Source: Octopus bimaculoides (taxonomy: Eukaryota). Taken from it: DNA of 64,000 nt. Below are positions 48,732 to 61,416 of the stretch, piece after piece. Numbering within the stretch: position 1 is the stretch's first letter; every line of letters begins with the position of its first letter. Where the stretch lies: NCBI RefSeq assembly GCF_001194135.2, contig NC_068998.1, forward strand, positions 27,011,568-27,075,567. Reading direction: 5' to 3'. Both the position numbers and the translations under genes were made by a program. The notes beneath the pieces are model-generated. The model saw nothing but the letters and a program-made list of their open reading frames with translations. It did no database searches and was not told where the DNA came from.

Positions 48732-48759
48732 CACGATGAGCCTTCGAAGGCTCATCGTG
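48732..48759. repeat. 28-bp perfect palindrome
   Basis: CACGATGAGCCTTC|GAAGGCTCATCGTG. Confidence 0.97.
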
Positions 48760-49552
48760 TAAATATTATTATATGTATAAATGTATGTGCATATAGACTT
48801 ACATGTGTGTATGTGTAAGTGCAACTATGTATTTCTTAAAATTTGATGGAAAGAGTAAAGTAATATTGCCATGGGCAGTGAAGTTTCTGTCTTTCTTCAA
48901 AGTTGAGATGGTGAAGGACAACAAAAGGAAAGACAGAAAAATTTTTACATCCTCTATGTTCGAGCGAATGGCTGCAACTGATAGGGAACATAAGAAAAAG
49001 TGAGAATAAATACATAGACAAGGAAGTGTTAAGAGAAACTAGATGGGAGGTGAAGGAAGGAAAGGGAAATAAAGAGTGAAAGAGAATCTGCTGTGGTGGA
49101 GGAAAAATTGAAGAGAGTGAAGAGATAAAGGATAAATCCGGAAATACTATAGGAGAAGCAGTCAAAGATGTTGATGGAAAAAATGTTTATTTAAATCTGT
49201 TGGTGTCATGGTTCCCTGTTTGAATTTCAAACGTTGATCCTTCTGTTGAGTAGACGGATCAATATTGTGCAGAGATACCAGATATTGATAAATAGGTGAA
49301 GGAGTGGCCCCCATTGTGTTAAAGTGAATATTGAGAGGATTCCGACTGAATATTCAGAATATTCAGTATTTTTGTACAGTGTCCTATGGCTAATTATAGG
49401 AAGCACCCCTTCATTGTGCCTTTACACCAAACGTGGAGAGGTCGTGTGCAGGTTTGAAGGTTCTGCTCTTTCTACCACAACGGTTTTTGTTTTGTTTAGA
49501 GTTGTTGTCTTTTTTTTTTGTTGTTTTGTTTCTTAATATTACAGTATTATTA

Positions 49553-49730
49553 GGGCAGCAAGCTGGCAGGATGTTTAGCGGTATTTTGTCTGTCTTTATG
49601 CTCTGAGTTCAAATTCCGCTAAGGTCGATTGTTCCTTTCATCCTTTCGGGGTTGATAGTATACCAGTCGAACAATAGGGTCGATCTAATCGACTTATCCC
49701 CTTCCTCGAAATTTCTGGCCCTGTGCCAAT
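49553..49730 (+). mobile_element. Octopus-type SINE
   Basis: GGGCAGCAAGCTGGCAGGATGTTTAGCGGTATTT..CTGAGTTCAAATTCCGC..TTTCATCCTTTCGGGG..GTCGATCTAATCGAC. Confidence 0.85.
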
Positions 49731-50238
49731 ATTACTGTACCATCATAGCCCAGATTTTTCGTTTCGAGTTGGCAACATTTTAAAAACCGCAGTGTAACCA
49801 TGTACATTAGTCATTTCTGAATCCCTACACCGTCTCTGAAACATGAAAGTTAAGGTTGATATCAGAATGACTGAAACTCAGTATTCAAAGGAATGAAACA
49901 AGATATTGCAAAACTTCAGTCTTTAGTTATATACGACACTTACATCTAATCTTATTTACAGTAAGACATTATTAAATCAGCTTTGATTCTTTATATAAGC
50001 TGTCTAATATATATATTTTTTAATCTATTGAATCTATACAGTGGTTCTCCACTGTCCATCAGAATTTAAGCAGTTGTAGAGCTCTATCAATGATTTTCAT
50101 TTATTTTATACTCTTTCATGTATAAACTTAAATACTTATTTCAACGACCGGCGATAATGTTATCTATGTAGTTTTACACACACTCTCTCTCTCACATACA
50201 CACATACACACACACTCACACACACACACATATATATA

Positions 50239-50270
<32 letters not shown>

Positions 50271-50734
50271 CATATATNNNNNNNNNNNNNNNNNNNNNNN
50301 NNNNNNNNNNNNNNNNNNNNNNNNNNNNNNNNNNNNNNNNNNNNNNNNNNNNNNNNNNNNNNNNNNNNNNNNNNNNNNNNNNNNNNNNNNNNNNNNNNNN
50401 NNNNNNNNNNNNNNNNNNNNNNNNNNNNNNNNNNNNNNNNNNNNNNNNNNNNNNNNNNNNNNNNNNNNNNNNNNNNNNNNNNNNNNNNNNNNNNNNNNNN
50501 NNNNNNNNNNNNNNNNNNNNNNNNNNNNNNNNNNNNNNNNNNNNNNNNNNNNNNNNNNNNNNNNNNTATTTAGTGTAACTCGCTTTCTTTTAATTGTCTT
50601 TGTTATTGCCGGTCGTGTTGTTGTTCTTCCTCAAGTCTAGGAAATACAGTACAAGATTTTCTTTTCATCATATTGATAGGCTTTTGTGCATGAAGGTAAA
50701 CACGTACGGAATAAATCAATGAACGAATAAAGGC

Positions 50735-50782
<48 letters not shown>

Positions 50783-51099
50783 AGGAATCTACTTGTGGCC
50801 AGGCGAAGAGTTGTCAGCTGCCATAATGGTGTGACATATATGTCTGCAAGCAACCTACAAGGCATCCCATTGCCTTTATAGATCAATATGAATAAACAGT
50901 GGGCAAATTGCTAAAAGGCCGGACAACAGGTCGATATGTCACGTAGTTCAAGCTTTGATGAAGGCATTACGTCTTATTCGTATGCAAAGCACTTTACTCT
51001 AACTTGTTCGGCTTCCATATCTGAAAAAATGCAAAATTATTGCAGTAAAAACAAAAACAAAATGATGCACTTGAAACATAATATTAATTTGCGTTGGAG

Positions 51100-51325
51100 C
51101 GACAGAAAGTGCTATGCTGGATATGGACCCGATCTTTATGCGCTGTGTTCAAATCCTTCTGAGATCGGCAATGCCTTTCATCCTTTTGGAGTCGATAAAA
51201 AAAAATAATACCAGTCAAATAACGGGGTGGATGTAATAAACTAACCTGTTATCCCTAAAACTGCTGGCCTTGTTCTGAAATTTGAAACAGTTATTTCTAT
51301 CATTATTATCATCATCATCATCAGA

Positions 51326-51358
<33 letters not shown>

Positions 51359-51840
51359 GAAGAAGAAGAAGAAGAAGAAGAAGAAGAAGAAGAAGAAGAA
51401 GAAGAAGAAGAAGAAGAAGAAGAAGAAGAAGAAGAAGAAGAAGAAGAAGACGGCGAGCTAGCAGAATCGTTAGCACTCTGGACGATTAACGGTATTTCGC
51501 CCCTCGCTACGTTCAAATTCCGCCGATGTCGACTTAGCCTTTCATCCTTTCAGGGTGGATAAATTAAGTATTAGTTGCGTAATGGGGTCGATCTAATGGA
51601 CTGGCCCCCTCCGCCCCCAAAATTTCCAACTTTGTAACTATAGCAGAAAGGATTATTAAGGCGATGAACTAGTGGAATCGTTAGCTCAATGGGCGAAATG
51701 CTTTACGTTGTGTTTAGATTCCGTTGAGGTCGACTTTACGTTCCATCATTTCGGAGTCGATAAAATAAGCCATTGAACATTGGAGTCGATGTAATCGACT
51801 CATCCTCTCACCATTGCTGCCCTAGTGACAAAATTTGCAA
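51100..51840 (+). mobile_element. Three tandem co-oriented octopus-type SINE copies around an (ATT)n/(GAA)n array
   Basis: Copies at ~51100-51290, 51450-51655 and 51657-51840. Microsatellite at 51301-51449. Confidence 0.75.
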
Positions 51841-51899
51841 CCATTGTTGTTGTTACTGTTGTTGCTGCTACTGTTGTTGTTGTTGTTGTTGTTGTTGTC

Positions 51900-52716
51900 A
51901 TGGTTGGCTTTTACTTAAGCTCACTTCTCTGTCAAGCCTTGTAGGGCGTTGGCCATGTAGTGGTTTTTCGCTCCATTTCTTCTTTAGTATATTTTGTAGT
52001 TCTGTTTTCATGGTTTTTGTTTTGTTTCTTTGACCATTTCTGCTATGCTGTCATCGGAGATCAGTGTATCAGTGTAGTTTGTTTCTGTTTTGTATTTTGT
52101 CGCTTCCTTGTGTATAAAGAAATGTATTCTCTTTTCCTCGTGTTGCTTTTCTAGTCCAACTGTTGTTATTTTATAGTAGTTCTGTACTTGTGTCAAGCCA
52201 CGACCTCCTTTTGAGAGGAGTAGATATATTTTGTCTGTGTCTGCTTTTGGGTGGTAACATCGGTATGCTGTTAATAGTTTTCTTGTTTTTTCGATCTAAG
52301 TTTCTCAATTTACTGATCTTCCAGTTTATTATGCTGAAGCTGTAATTTATGACTGGTATGGTTAGCGTGTTTATCTCTATTATCTTATATTTGCATTGAG
52401 CTCAGTGTTTAATATTAGTTTAACTTTTCTGTAATACTTTCTCCTAATTTTGTCTTTCATTTCTGTGTTGTATTTTAGCTCTTTCGTCTATTCCTAGAGA
52501 TTTATATGGGCAATTGTGGTTTAATTTTTTGTGTCTATGTCGAGTGCAGTGCTTTCAGTGCTGATTAATTTGCCTCTTCTAAGTGTAACTATGGCACATT
52601 TGTCCAGCCCCATGCTCATCCCGATGTCCTTGCTGAAACTATGGACAATTTTTAGAAGGTTTCTCTGTTCCGTGGTATTTTTTGTGAAAATGTTTTAATC
52701 ATCCATGTATAGGAGA
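51900..52716 (-). mobile_element. R4/Dong-clade RT fragment
   Basis: LLYMDD (52698-52709 on minus), LLKIVHSFSKDIGMSMGLDKCAI, KPLHGQ near 51960. The 5' end abuts an (AAT)-type array. Confidence 0.85.
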
Positions 52717-52743
52717 TTTATTATCATTATTATTATTATCATC

Positions 52744-54177
52744 TGTTTGCTTTTTGCTTTGCATTTGTACAAAATGATTCCAAGTCTCACCCACAGACCT
52801 CAAGAGACAAGTTCAAGTAGGTATTATGACGAGGGTGCCATATTTTTGGTTTCGCAGAGAGTATTATTCTACAGAATGTCTGTCAAAACGTAAGAAAATT
52901 GGAAGTTTGTTTTTAAAATAATTTGACGATAAGATGATAATGTGATCTTGAGATGACAGGAAAAGGTGTTTGCTGTTATATACATTTAAATGTACTTTTG
53001 ACAATGTTTACAGCTTAAAATGTTTTTGGGAATTACATAGACAATATTTTTCATTGGGTATGAGCAGTTCCCATGAGCACTATTTTTTAAATTTCTTCCA
53101 TTTTGGGATTTACTAGTATCTGAGACAGGTAGCAATCAGCCCCTTTTGCTATCATTCTTAGGGCACCTATGACAATAAATATTGGTTTAGTCTTGAGGTT
53201 CCACATTTTGCCAATTTCTATTTCAAGATCTTTATATTTGCTCAGTTTTTGGTTGATCTTGACAGATATATTTATGTTGATTGATTCAGTGATATCGATG
53301 AGGAGGCATGAGTTTTGTCTTAAATCCTTCAATATAATGCCTGGCCTATTTGAATCTACCTTTCTGTCTGCTTGAACAGAAAAGTTTCAAGGGTGTGAGA
53401 TGTGATCATTTTCAAGCCCTGAAGGTAGTTTTTGTTCCCACCAGTTTCTATCATGGGGCAGGTCCATATCTTTGCAAATTACCCAATGAGTATACTGTGC
53501 CGGCCGCTCTATCATGCTTGTTGAGATATTCTGTAGGCGCAAGAAGGCAACACATGGAGACAACATGATTGATAGTTTCAGTCCGTTGTTTACACACTTT
53601 ACATGTTGGGCTACAGCCGTTCTTTCAGCTGTTGGCTTGATAGCTTCTAGTAGGTAGGCATTGATCCTGTACTACTATGATAAACCCTTCTGTCTCTGAT
53701 TTTAAGCCAGAAGACACTATCCATTGATTGGTAAGGTTAAGGGCTTTGCCAATATCAGCATTATTAGCTCTTTGAGGTTTTTCTTGGTTTTTCTTGCCAT
53801 TCCTCATTAAGAATATCTAAGGCAGCAGTTTTAGCAAGGGTTTTCATACGTTTAGCTTTTTCTGTACTTGTTTTCAGTATGTCTAATTCTGGGATTTGTT
53901 GTATTTGGAATTCACTTAGATATTTCCTTGCTTGTATTGTTACTGGGTACGCAGCTTTGTTTTCATGCTTTAAGACAAGTTTTAGCATCCAATCATCAGA
54001 GTTTTTCAAGTAAATGTTTAGGCTAACTGTGGCAGTCTTTATTGCTAATTCCAGTTGTAAAAGTCCACAGTCATCCGCTTTTCTTGGCAAGTAAAGTCGT
54101 TCTATATCTGCCTTAGGGTGGTGCATTCTATTCATTGTCAAAAATTTTCGTATTTTCCTGTCAAGATTATAGATTTC
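52744..54177 (-). mobile_element. R4/Dong-clade LINE 3' portion (post-RT, CCHC, RLE, 3' UTR)
   Basis: HHPKADIERLYLPRKADDCGLLQLE; SGLKSETEGFIIVVQDQCLPTRSY; CKQRTETINHVVSMC; CLLIDIT..KLSKYKDLEIEIGKMWNLKT..IVIGAL. (AAT) tail at 52717-52743, (AGT)n at 54178-54237. Confidence 0.9.
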
Positions 54178-54238
<61 letters not shown>

Positions 54239-56089
54239 CTAAGTTTATAAAATTGACCACTAAATACATATGACAGCGCTCCGCACCCGTCAATAAAGGT
54301 GTCTATCGACTTAGTAAAGAGGCATTATGTTTTCCAAGCATGGACAAATATAGTCACTGTACATTTCAAAGACTTTAGCTGTACGACATGAAGTGTATCT
54401 ACATTAGAACTTTTAACTTGATTCGATGAGAGCCTGTTTTTCTACAACTCTTGCCACAATGCTGAGTAAATATGTCACGTGTGTCGTAGATGAGAGATGA
54501 CCTCTTGGAGTTTCAAACTCCCCCTGATGTCATTTAACTTTATATCACTTTGCTGATAATGTCATTTAAATAGGTATGGAAATTCCGCCTTCTGATTCCT
54601 CTTTTCTCTATTGTCTTCGTAATCAATAAAAAAAATTAAACATAAACGTCATGCACCATCGCGAAATGCTAAACTAAATTGATAATTCATGAAGAATGTG
54701 ATAAAATAATGGTCTTTTATGAGTAGAAATCAACCTCGATATTTCATAGAGCGAAATTGATCACAACAGGTTTGGAAACCAGGATATTAGTTCACATCAG
54801 TAAAGTGTGCATAGCAGCTGCTCAGATTTTGTAATCACTGAAGCAGTTCTATCACCACTGCTCAAACAGTGAAGAGATAATAAACTTATGGAAATGATAG
54901 AAAAATCTTAGCGAGAAAGGAAAATTGCTTTCAACATAAGACAAGCTATAGAAATACATAAAAGTTCAGAACGAAAATACGTGCGTGTGTGTGTGTGTAT
55001 ATATATAGTGCGTGCATGTGTGTGTGTGGTGCGTGCATGTGTGTGTGCGTGTGTGTGTTTGTGAGTGTGTGTGCATGCGCGCGTGTTTGTGTTTATAAGT
55101 GTGCGTGTAATTAGAAAAAATATAACATAATACAGCAAAGAAACTGGGAAATCGTTATATAAATGACATTACTAAAGAATTCTGAGCCTGATCAAAATGT
55201 GTTCTAAGTCTTGTATTATAAGTGACAATATAAAGACAGTGAACAGAAATGCAAAATGTACATACCATTAATATTAATTTATCCCAAGAACAGATCGTTT
55301 TATGCTAGTATTGTTCAAAGTATTGTTCACATGCACTTGTCATGATAAAGAAGAAGCAATATGTGTGCATATAAAGTAAAGTAGGAATCTTCCAAGCGTT
55401 AAAAATGGTAATGATTCTTCAGTATGGTTAGTTGAGTAAGTCAGTCGCTTAGCACTCTACCACTTTCAAGATGGCCGAAAAATCAATCAAAGATGATCTG
55501 AGTTCGGTACAACTGTGGACACACTTCGCTGATTAAATAGTTACTAAGATGAAATATATATTTTTAACTTGGAAATTGCTATTGAACAGAAAATTATCTG
55601 TAGCTTATATGATGCAATTTTCATCGAATAACTTTGCATGCGTTGAATGTCTGCCAGATTTGTTCTAAGACTTCGGATTATTGATCCGAAGGATCAGTTA
55701 CAAAGTGAGAATCTACAAAATCAAATTGGAAAATCATTTTAAGTCTTTCTTCATTTTAAATATAGTAACGAATATTTTTGTTTGAAGTGAAAACATCGGT
55801 TTTTAAGCATAAATTGCCATAAATCTGTGTCAATATTGCTAACAAACGGAAAATCGCTTACTTACTATTCTTGCTGAAAGAAGACACTAATTGAAATTTT
55901 GCAACATATGTCGTATGTCAGCAATAAACCGTCATTAAAGGGAATAAGAGTGATTATACAGAAATTTATTGTTTTGGAACATATGTATACTGGCACTTAT
56001 ATATACCTTTATAAAAGCACCTCATGGTATAACTGCCTAGTAGACATGCCATTAGGTGCTAGATGCCATGACGTCCGATGATGGCTGCA

Positions 56090-59000
56090 ATAGTTTTCTA
56101 TTGAACCAACAGCCTGGAAAAATTTGATATACAGCAATTTTTCTCACGTTAAACAAAGTCCTGCACATGTATCCCATACCCAAAGTCCTTCGGTGATTAT
56201 TTATTGGCAAAAGAAGCAGATGTGAGGCATCTGAGAGCTCTTAATCATGAAAAGGTACAAAAGAGGTGGCAGTTGATGTGTGATGGTCATCAGACAGAAG
56301 TTCGTTCAGCAACAGCAGTTGCATCCAAAGGTCTTTTCCAGGACTTACATTGCTCACCTGTATTGGGAAGAGGGAAAAAAGGTGTCTCAAGCATAACTTG
56401 TATCAGTTTTCTCGACTAGATCTTCACATCCAGAGGGTCAGTTCGGACACTTACGTAGAAACTCATCAACTTCAAGAGGAATGAGACAGTACTCGTCTCT
56501 GAACAAATGGCTCACTTTAATATTGACATTGCAGCACTTAGTGAAATAAGATTAGCCGATGAGAGATGGCTAAAGAGTAATAGCAGTGAATGTACCTTCT
56601 TTTTGAAGCGAAAACCACCAAAAGTGCAGTCTTAACTTGATTAGGATTTGCAGTCTAAAATGATCTGCTCACTACCCAAACGACCTACTGGCATCAGTGA
56701 AAGATTGATAACTCAATGATTCAAGCCTTCTGGCTTTAATACGACAGTCAACAGTACGAATTGGTCACATATGAATCAGATACAGATTTCAGTCTAAGCA
56801 AACTTAGACTATGTTTTCTCCAGAACACCAAAACATAACAAAATCATCCTGATGAGTAAGCCAAATGGCCGAGTTAGTAAAGATTCGAACTTTTGGAATG
56901 GTACAGTTTGAAGGAGGTTAAAGGAATAGCTAATTCAATTGTCGTTCTGCTTTAAACTAAATACGTGCAATTTAGTCATTACCAGCACACTATTCCGACT
57001 TGCAAATACAAGGGTTATCGAAGTATTTTCAAACAAATCATATGCCATTGATAGCAGATAACTGGCATGTGATTAACTGTGTCAGTGTACGGATACATGA
57101 TCCCAAAAATGTTCACGCAACAAATGTCATGACAGGAGCCGACAATCGCCTAACGGACCACCACCGAATACGAATTAACATGGCAGTTCAATTCGCTTCA
57201 GAGTAACGTCAGCAGCAGAAACGATGCCAGTGAAAAGTTAATTCTGTGTTCTCTCATACTAAGTAAAGGCTAACCAGTTTCCACATTGCTTAGATGGTAA
57301 GCTGTTATCCGTCAGCCTAGACACTGCAACACTGCTAAAAACATATGGTGCATTCTAAAGGCAGATATCTTTGCAGTTTATCAAAAGTCCAAGGACTCTG
57401 TAGCTAGAAAGTTCAAATTAGATTCGACGAGAAAATTCTCAAATCCAGCAACTGATGGACAGGAATAGAACAGCTTTTCATATTTCAGTAAATATGGATA
57501 AAGATCGCAACAGAAAAGCTTGCCAGCAAGCAAAGTCTGTAAACTAACACAAACAATTGCTAGCAAGCTAAAGTTCTTTAAATACAGAAACTAGATGACT
57601 ATGACATAAATATTTTCATTAATAACATGACGACATATGTTGAAAAATTTCAATCAGTGTCTTCAGAACTAAAGACAGTACCAAACTTATAAAAGGACAA
57701 TCAATTGTTGATAACTGCTGGAAAGAATATTTCGAAGATCTGCTCAATCATGACTGTTTGACCAACGAAACATCTTTAGATAATTCGATCGCACAAAAGA
57801 CAGTGGGGAACAATTTAGCTGCACCAACTAATACTGCATCCGTCCCCTAAAAAGCAACAAGGGACTTGGGTCTCGTGGGGTTCTGAGCTATGTAAACTTA
57901 GCAATGAGGTACTAGCATCAAAACTCCGCTAATCTGGACGCGAGACGAGATACCAGATGATATAACAGATCTAACTATTATTACCATCGTCAAGAGAAAA
58001 ACAAATCAGCAAACAAAGACGAAAAGCTGAATAATCTACTAAAGATTTTAAGTGAGTTTGAAGTGAAAATTGGAATACAAAACGCATATGTAATTGTTCC
58101 CCACGTTTTTCACATCTTTCTCACAGCTGTCCTTGAATTTACTATAGGCAAATCTTCATCTGACGGTCACATATGCTACGCAGAAAGCTGACTCAATTTG
58201 ACCCCCATACCAGAACAAACATTACAACATCAGATGATGCCACAGTTAGTGTGTTTTCGGCTCATGCGCTTCAGACAATTTCAGAAATGTTCATTGATGC
58301 AAATCAAAGTATGGAGCTAGTCCTCAACATATGTAAAACTAAGGTTCTGTATCAACAAATACCCAGTAAGGATCTGATCCAGTCATTAGAGTTCAAGGGC
58401 AGAGGTTGGACTTCCAATATCTAGGTGGTTCAGTATTGTTGAGGAAGTCTAACATCAGATTTAATAGGTTAACGCGTTCTTCATATGAAGATCAATTTTT
58501 AAGACAAACCACCGAAGCGGATATTGTACCCACTCCCCTATACACTTCTGAAACGTGAACAAGTGATGGCTGACATCTACATAAACCATAGATTAATGAG
58601 GTGAATAATGCACATTAAGTGGCAGAAATGACAGAAGAATATCTGCGCATGCTTAACCAAGTTAATATTTTCTACATTGAAACCACTGTTATACAACATC
58701 AGTTTCAAAGAGCTGTCTATGCGAACACCGGGTCCTGGATCACCCGAAGAACAGTTTTTAACCTCTATCTGAAGGGAAGAAAGCGGACGTGAGTTGAAAT
58801 AAAGGAAGTGGTTCAAAGATGTACTTAAAAGAAATTTGAAGAGATTTCACATTAATTTGCATGAGTGAGAATCGTTGACAACCGATACATGTGGAGACAG
58901 ACCATTTATAGTGGATCCCAACAATTCGACACAGAATCAACTCAACATCTCAACAATATACGTCAGTGTAGAATGCGAGAGAACAAATACCCAGTTTGCG

Positions 59001-59100
59001 ACAGGGCTTTTGGATCCCACATTGGTCTATATAGTTAAACACGAGTCCCCTTGAAGTCAAATCTGGTGTATAATCATCCGTAACCCCGCGAGATTGTCAA
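56090..59100 (+). mobile_element. Near full-length, old RTE/BovB-clade LINE
   Basis: APE start FNIDIAALSEIRLADE (56516-56563); RT SDDATVSVFSAHALQ..NICKTKVLYQ; C-terminal WFKDVLKRNLK and CDRAFGSHIGLYS (~58998-59036). Many stops and deletions; 5' boundary uncertain. Confidence 0.85.
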
Positions 59101-59109
59101 TGTCTTGAT

Positions 59110-59600
59110 GATTTTTGAAAAATATCTCTCCATTTTAGTTAAATGTCTTTTCGAAAATATTTTACAAATTTCCGTTATCGATGTCCAAATATTAATGGTT
59201 ATAATGGTTTATATCCAATCTGTAATTCAAACGCATGACAGCATGTGCTCATCATCAAAGCATCTGTACAAATGCCCTTTGACTATTAACACAATAGTTC
59301 CACGTAAAAAAAATTGCAGCGTTTGTTCAGATATTTCTTGAGAGAAATCAATACAGCCTGACCATTTGTCTCGTAGAAACCTTATTATTCTCTGCATCAT
59401 TCCTGGTTGTTATTTTGGACAAACGCCAAACAATTCAATTTAACCTCCGTCCAACAAATACCAGACGTCTTCGACTTTCATTGCCAAGTTAAAATTCAAA
59501 CCTAATCGTCAGCACGTAGAAAAGCATTGAAAGGATGCATTGGCTCTTACATTCTGGGCTAAAGTTACGAACAGGAAAATTGATTATATCTACAAATTAT
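59110..59600 (-). mobile_element. Possible Tc1-like transposase remnant
   Basis: Minus strand DVWYLLDGG*IELFG resembles W..VLWSDETKIELFG. The remainder is too decayed to read. Confidence 0.4.
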
Positions 59601-60498
59601 CAATATGTCACAATATGTCACTTTCAATAACAGAATAATAATGCAAGAGACTAATAGCAATTACAAAATCCGAAGTTAATATAAAAAGACAATAGACCGT
59701 TAATCTCTAGTTTCTCTGTTCATATTCACAAAGCATAATGGAGTTGGTTCTGCTCGTATAAATACAGTTATGTCTAACATATAAAATGATAGTTTGTTGA
59801 AAAACTTCAATCAACTGAGATTATCCAAACAATTTCTAGATTAATATTGAAAGCATTCACTCCATACTTACAGATTAGATCTTAAATTAATTTTAAGTTA
59901 TTCACCATGCTGTTGTTGTGGTCATCGCCGTCGTCGTCGTTGTTGCTATTAAACTCACACGCTTCTGATTGAGCAGATTTAGATTAACTCAGAGTAACAC
60001 ACTAACTCAGAGTAACACACTAACTCAGAGTAACTGCATCCCTCATGTTACTGTCTCTTTTCAAGCATTGTATCTGCACAGTTTAATGCACCTAATCTAT
60101 CCTTTTCTACGACTATGCAGGTGTGATTTGCGGGATATTTGGCTGTTTTTTCTTGCATCTGCATGATTGGACGGTCATGCAGAAGCTTCCTCTTTGGCTC
60201 GTCTCGGTGGTATCTTAAAGTGTTAGAAACCAAACTAAAAAGGGTTTAGAAATCATAGTAATGACAGATAATGCCGAAAAACGCGTTATTCATAACTTTT
60301 TTATGTACAAGTAAGATTAGTAAAACAAGAAAAGCAATTGTTTTCTGTTGATTTCTTGTAAATTTCTGATTCAAAATATGTGTAGCATATTCTACATAAA
60401 AACTGACTCTAAACAGAAAATAGTTCAAATAATCGACATATCTCCTTCCCCAAATTTCAAGCCTTATGCCTTTAGTAGAAAAGATTATTATTATTATT

Positions 60499-61247
60499 CC
60501 ATTTACGCACAACAAATTAGACAGTTAGAAAAAATTCCTCACATCGTGCAACAAGTAACTTCAGTTGCCGAGAAACTTCCTACTTGCATACGTAGCGGTC
60601 TTGCTACCTGCAGCCTACGGTACCATGCTATCCGTTCTTTTCAGCTATGTAATACTTTCCTGATTATTCTGGCCGCGCCAAGGAGGCAAACCTTTTGTGA
60701 CAGTTCTACTGGGCACTCTATTCCAATTTCCTTTATATTCCTCTTGATGCCTTTTGATACTGTTCCCAAGGACCCAACAATAACTGGTACTATCTTCACA
60801 TTCTTCACTTTCCATAGCCGGGCTATTTTGTTCTTAAGAGGGTTATATTTAACTATTTTTTCACCTTCCTTCGTGAGTCAAAGGGACATGCAACATCAAC
60901 TATATAGCATATGTGGTGCACTAGATCCGGTCTGTTATACTCTAGCACCTGATCTGTTTAGATCAGAGGATTTTGCTAGTCTCTGACTCCGCCCCTCTCT
61001 CTGTGGTTTGTGCTCATACCACGTCTTGCTTCTCTCTCTAGCCCCCACTTTTCACACAATTTCCATTGTAACACCTTCGCTACCTGGTTGTGTCGCCACA
61101 ACTTGTAGTGGTTTGGGGCAAGCCTAGGGCATTCGTTTGTGATATGGGCAATGGTTTCACCCACTCTATTACAGATGCGGCACAGCGGAGATACTTGCTC
61201 ATTCCTCAGGTTGCCCCTCCAGTTCGTGACCAAAGCCTGGTCTTGCG
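60499..61247 (-). mobile_element. R4/Dong-clade LINE 3' end
   Basis: CRICNRVGETIAHITNEC (CCHC), RHNQVAKVLQWKLC, TDQVLEYNRPDL..CYIVDVACPFD, KIVPVIVGSLGTV, QKVCLLGAARII. (TAA) at both ends (60483-60498, 61248-61310). Confidence 0.92.
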
Positions 61248-61254
61248 ATTATTA

Positions 61255-61310
<56 letters not shown>

Positions 61311-61416
61311 GAATGAGAGAGCAGTGCATGCCCTCAAAGTGACACTGAGGTAAAATATACGAAGCCCAGTAAGGGTACACCAGGCATTACAACCATACAT
61401 GCGCGACATAGTGATC
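61311..61416 (-). mobile_element. (TAA)n-embedded retroposon, copy E (3' end only)
   Basis: (ATT)n-GAATGAGAGAGCAGTGCATGCCCTCAAAGTGACACTG.. Confidence 0.85.

Noticed and set aside
60348-60986. 212-aa plus-strand ORF
   Set aside because: It is the antisense of the R4/Dong 3' end, with no recognisable domain.
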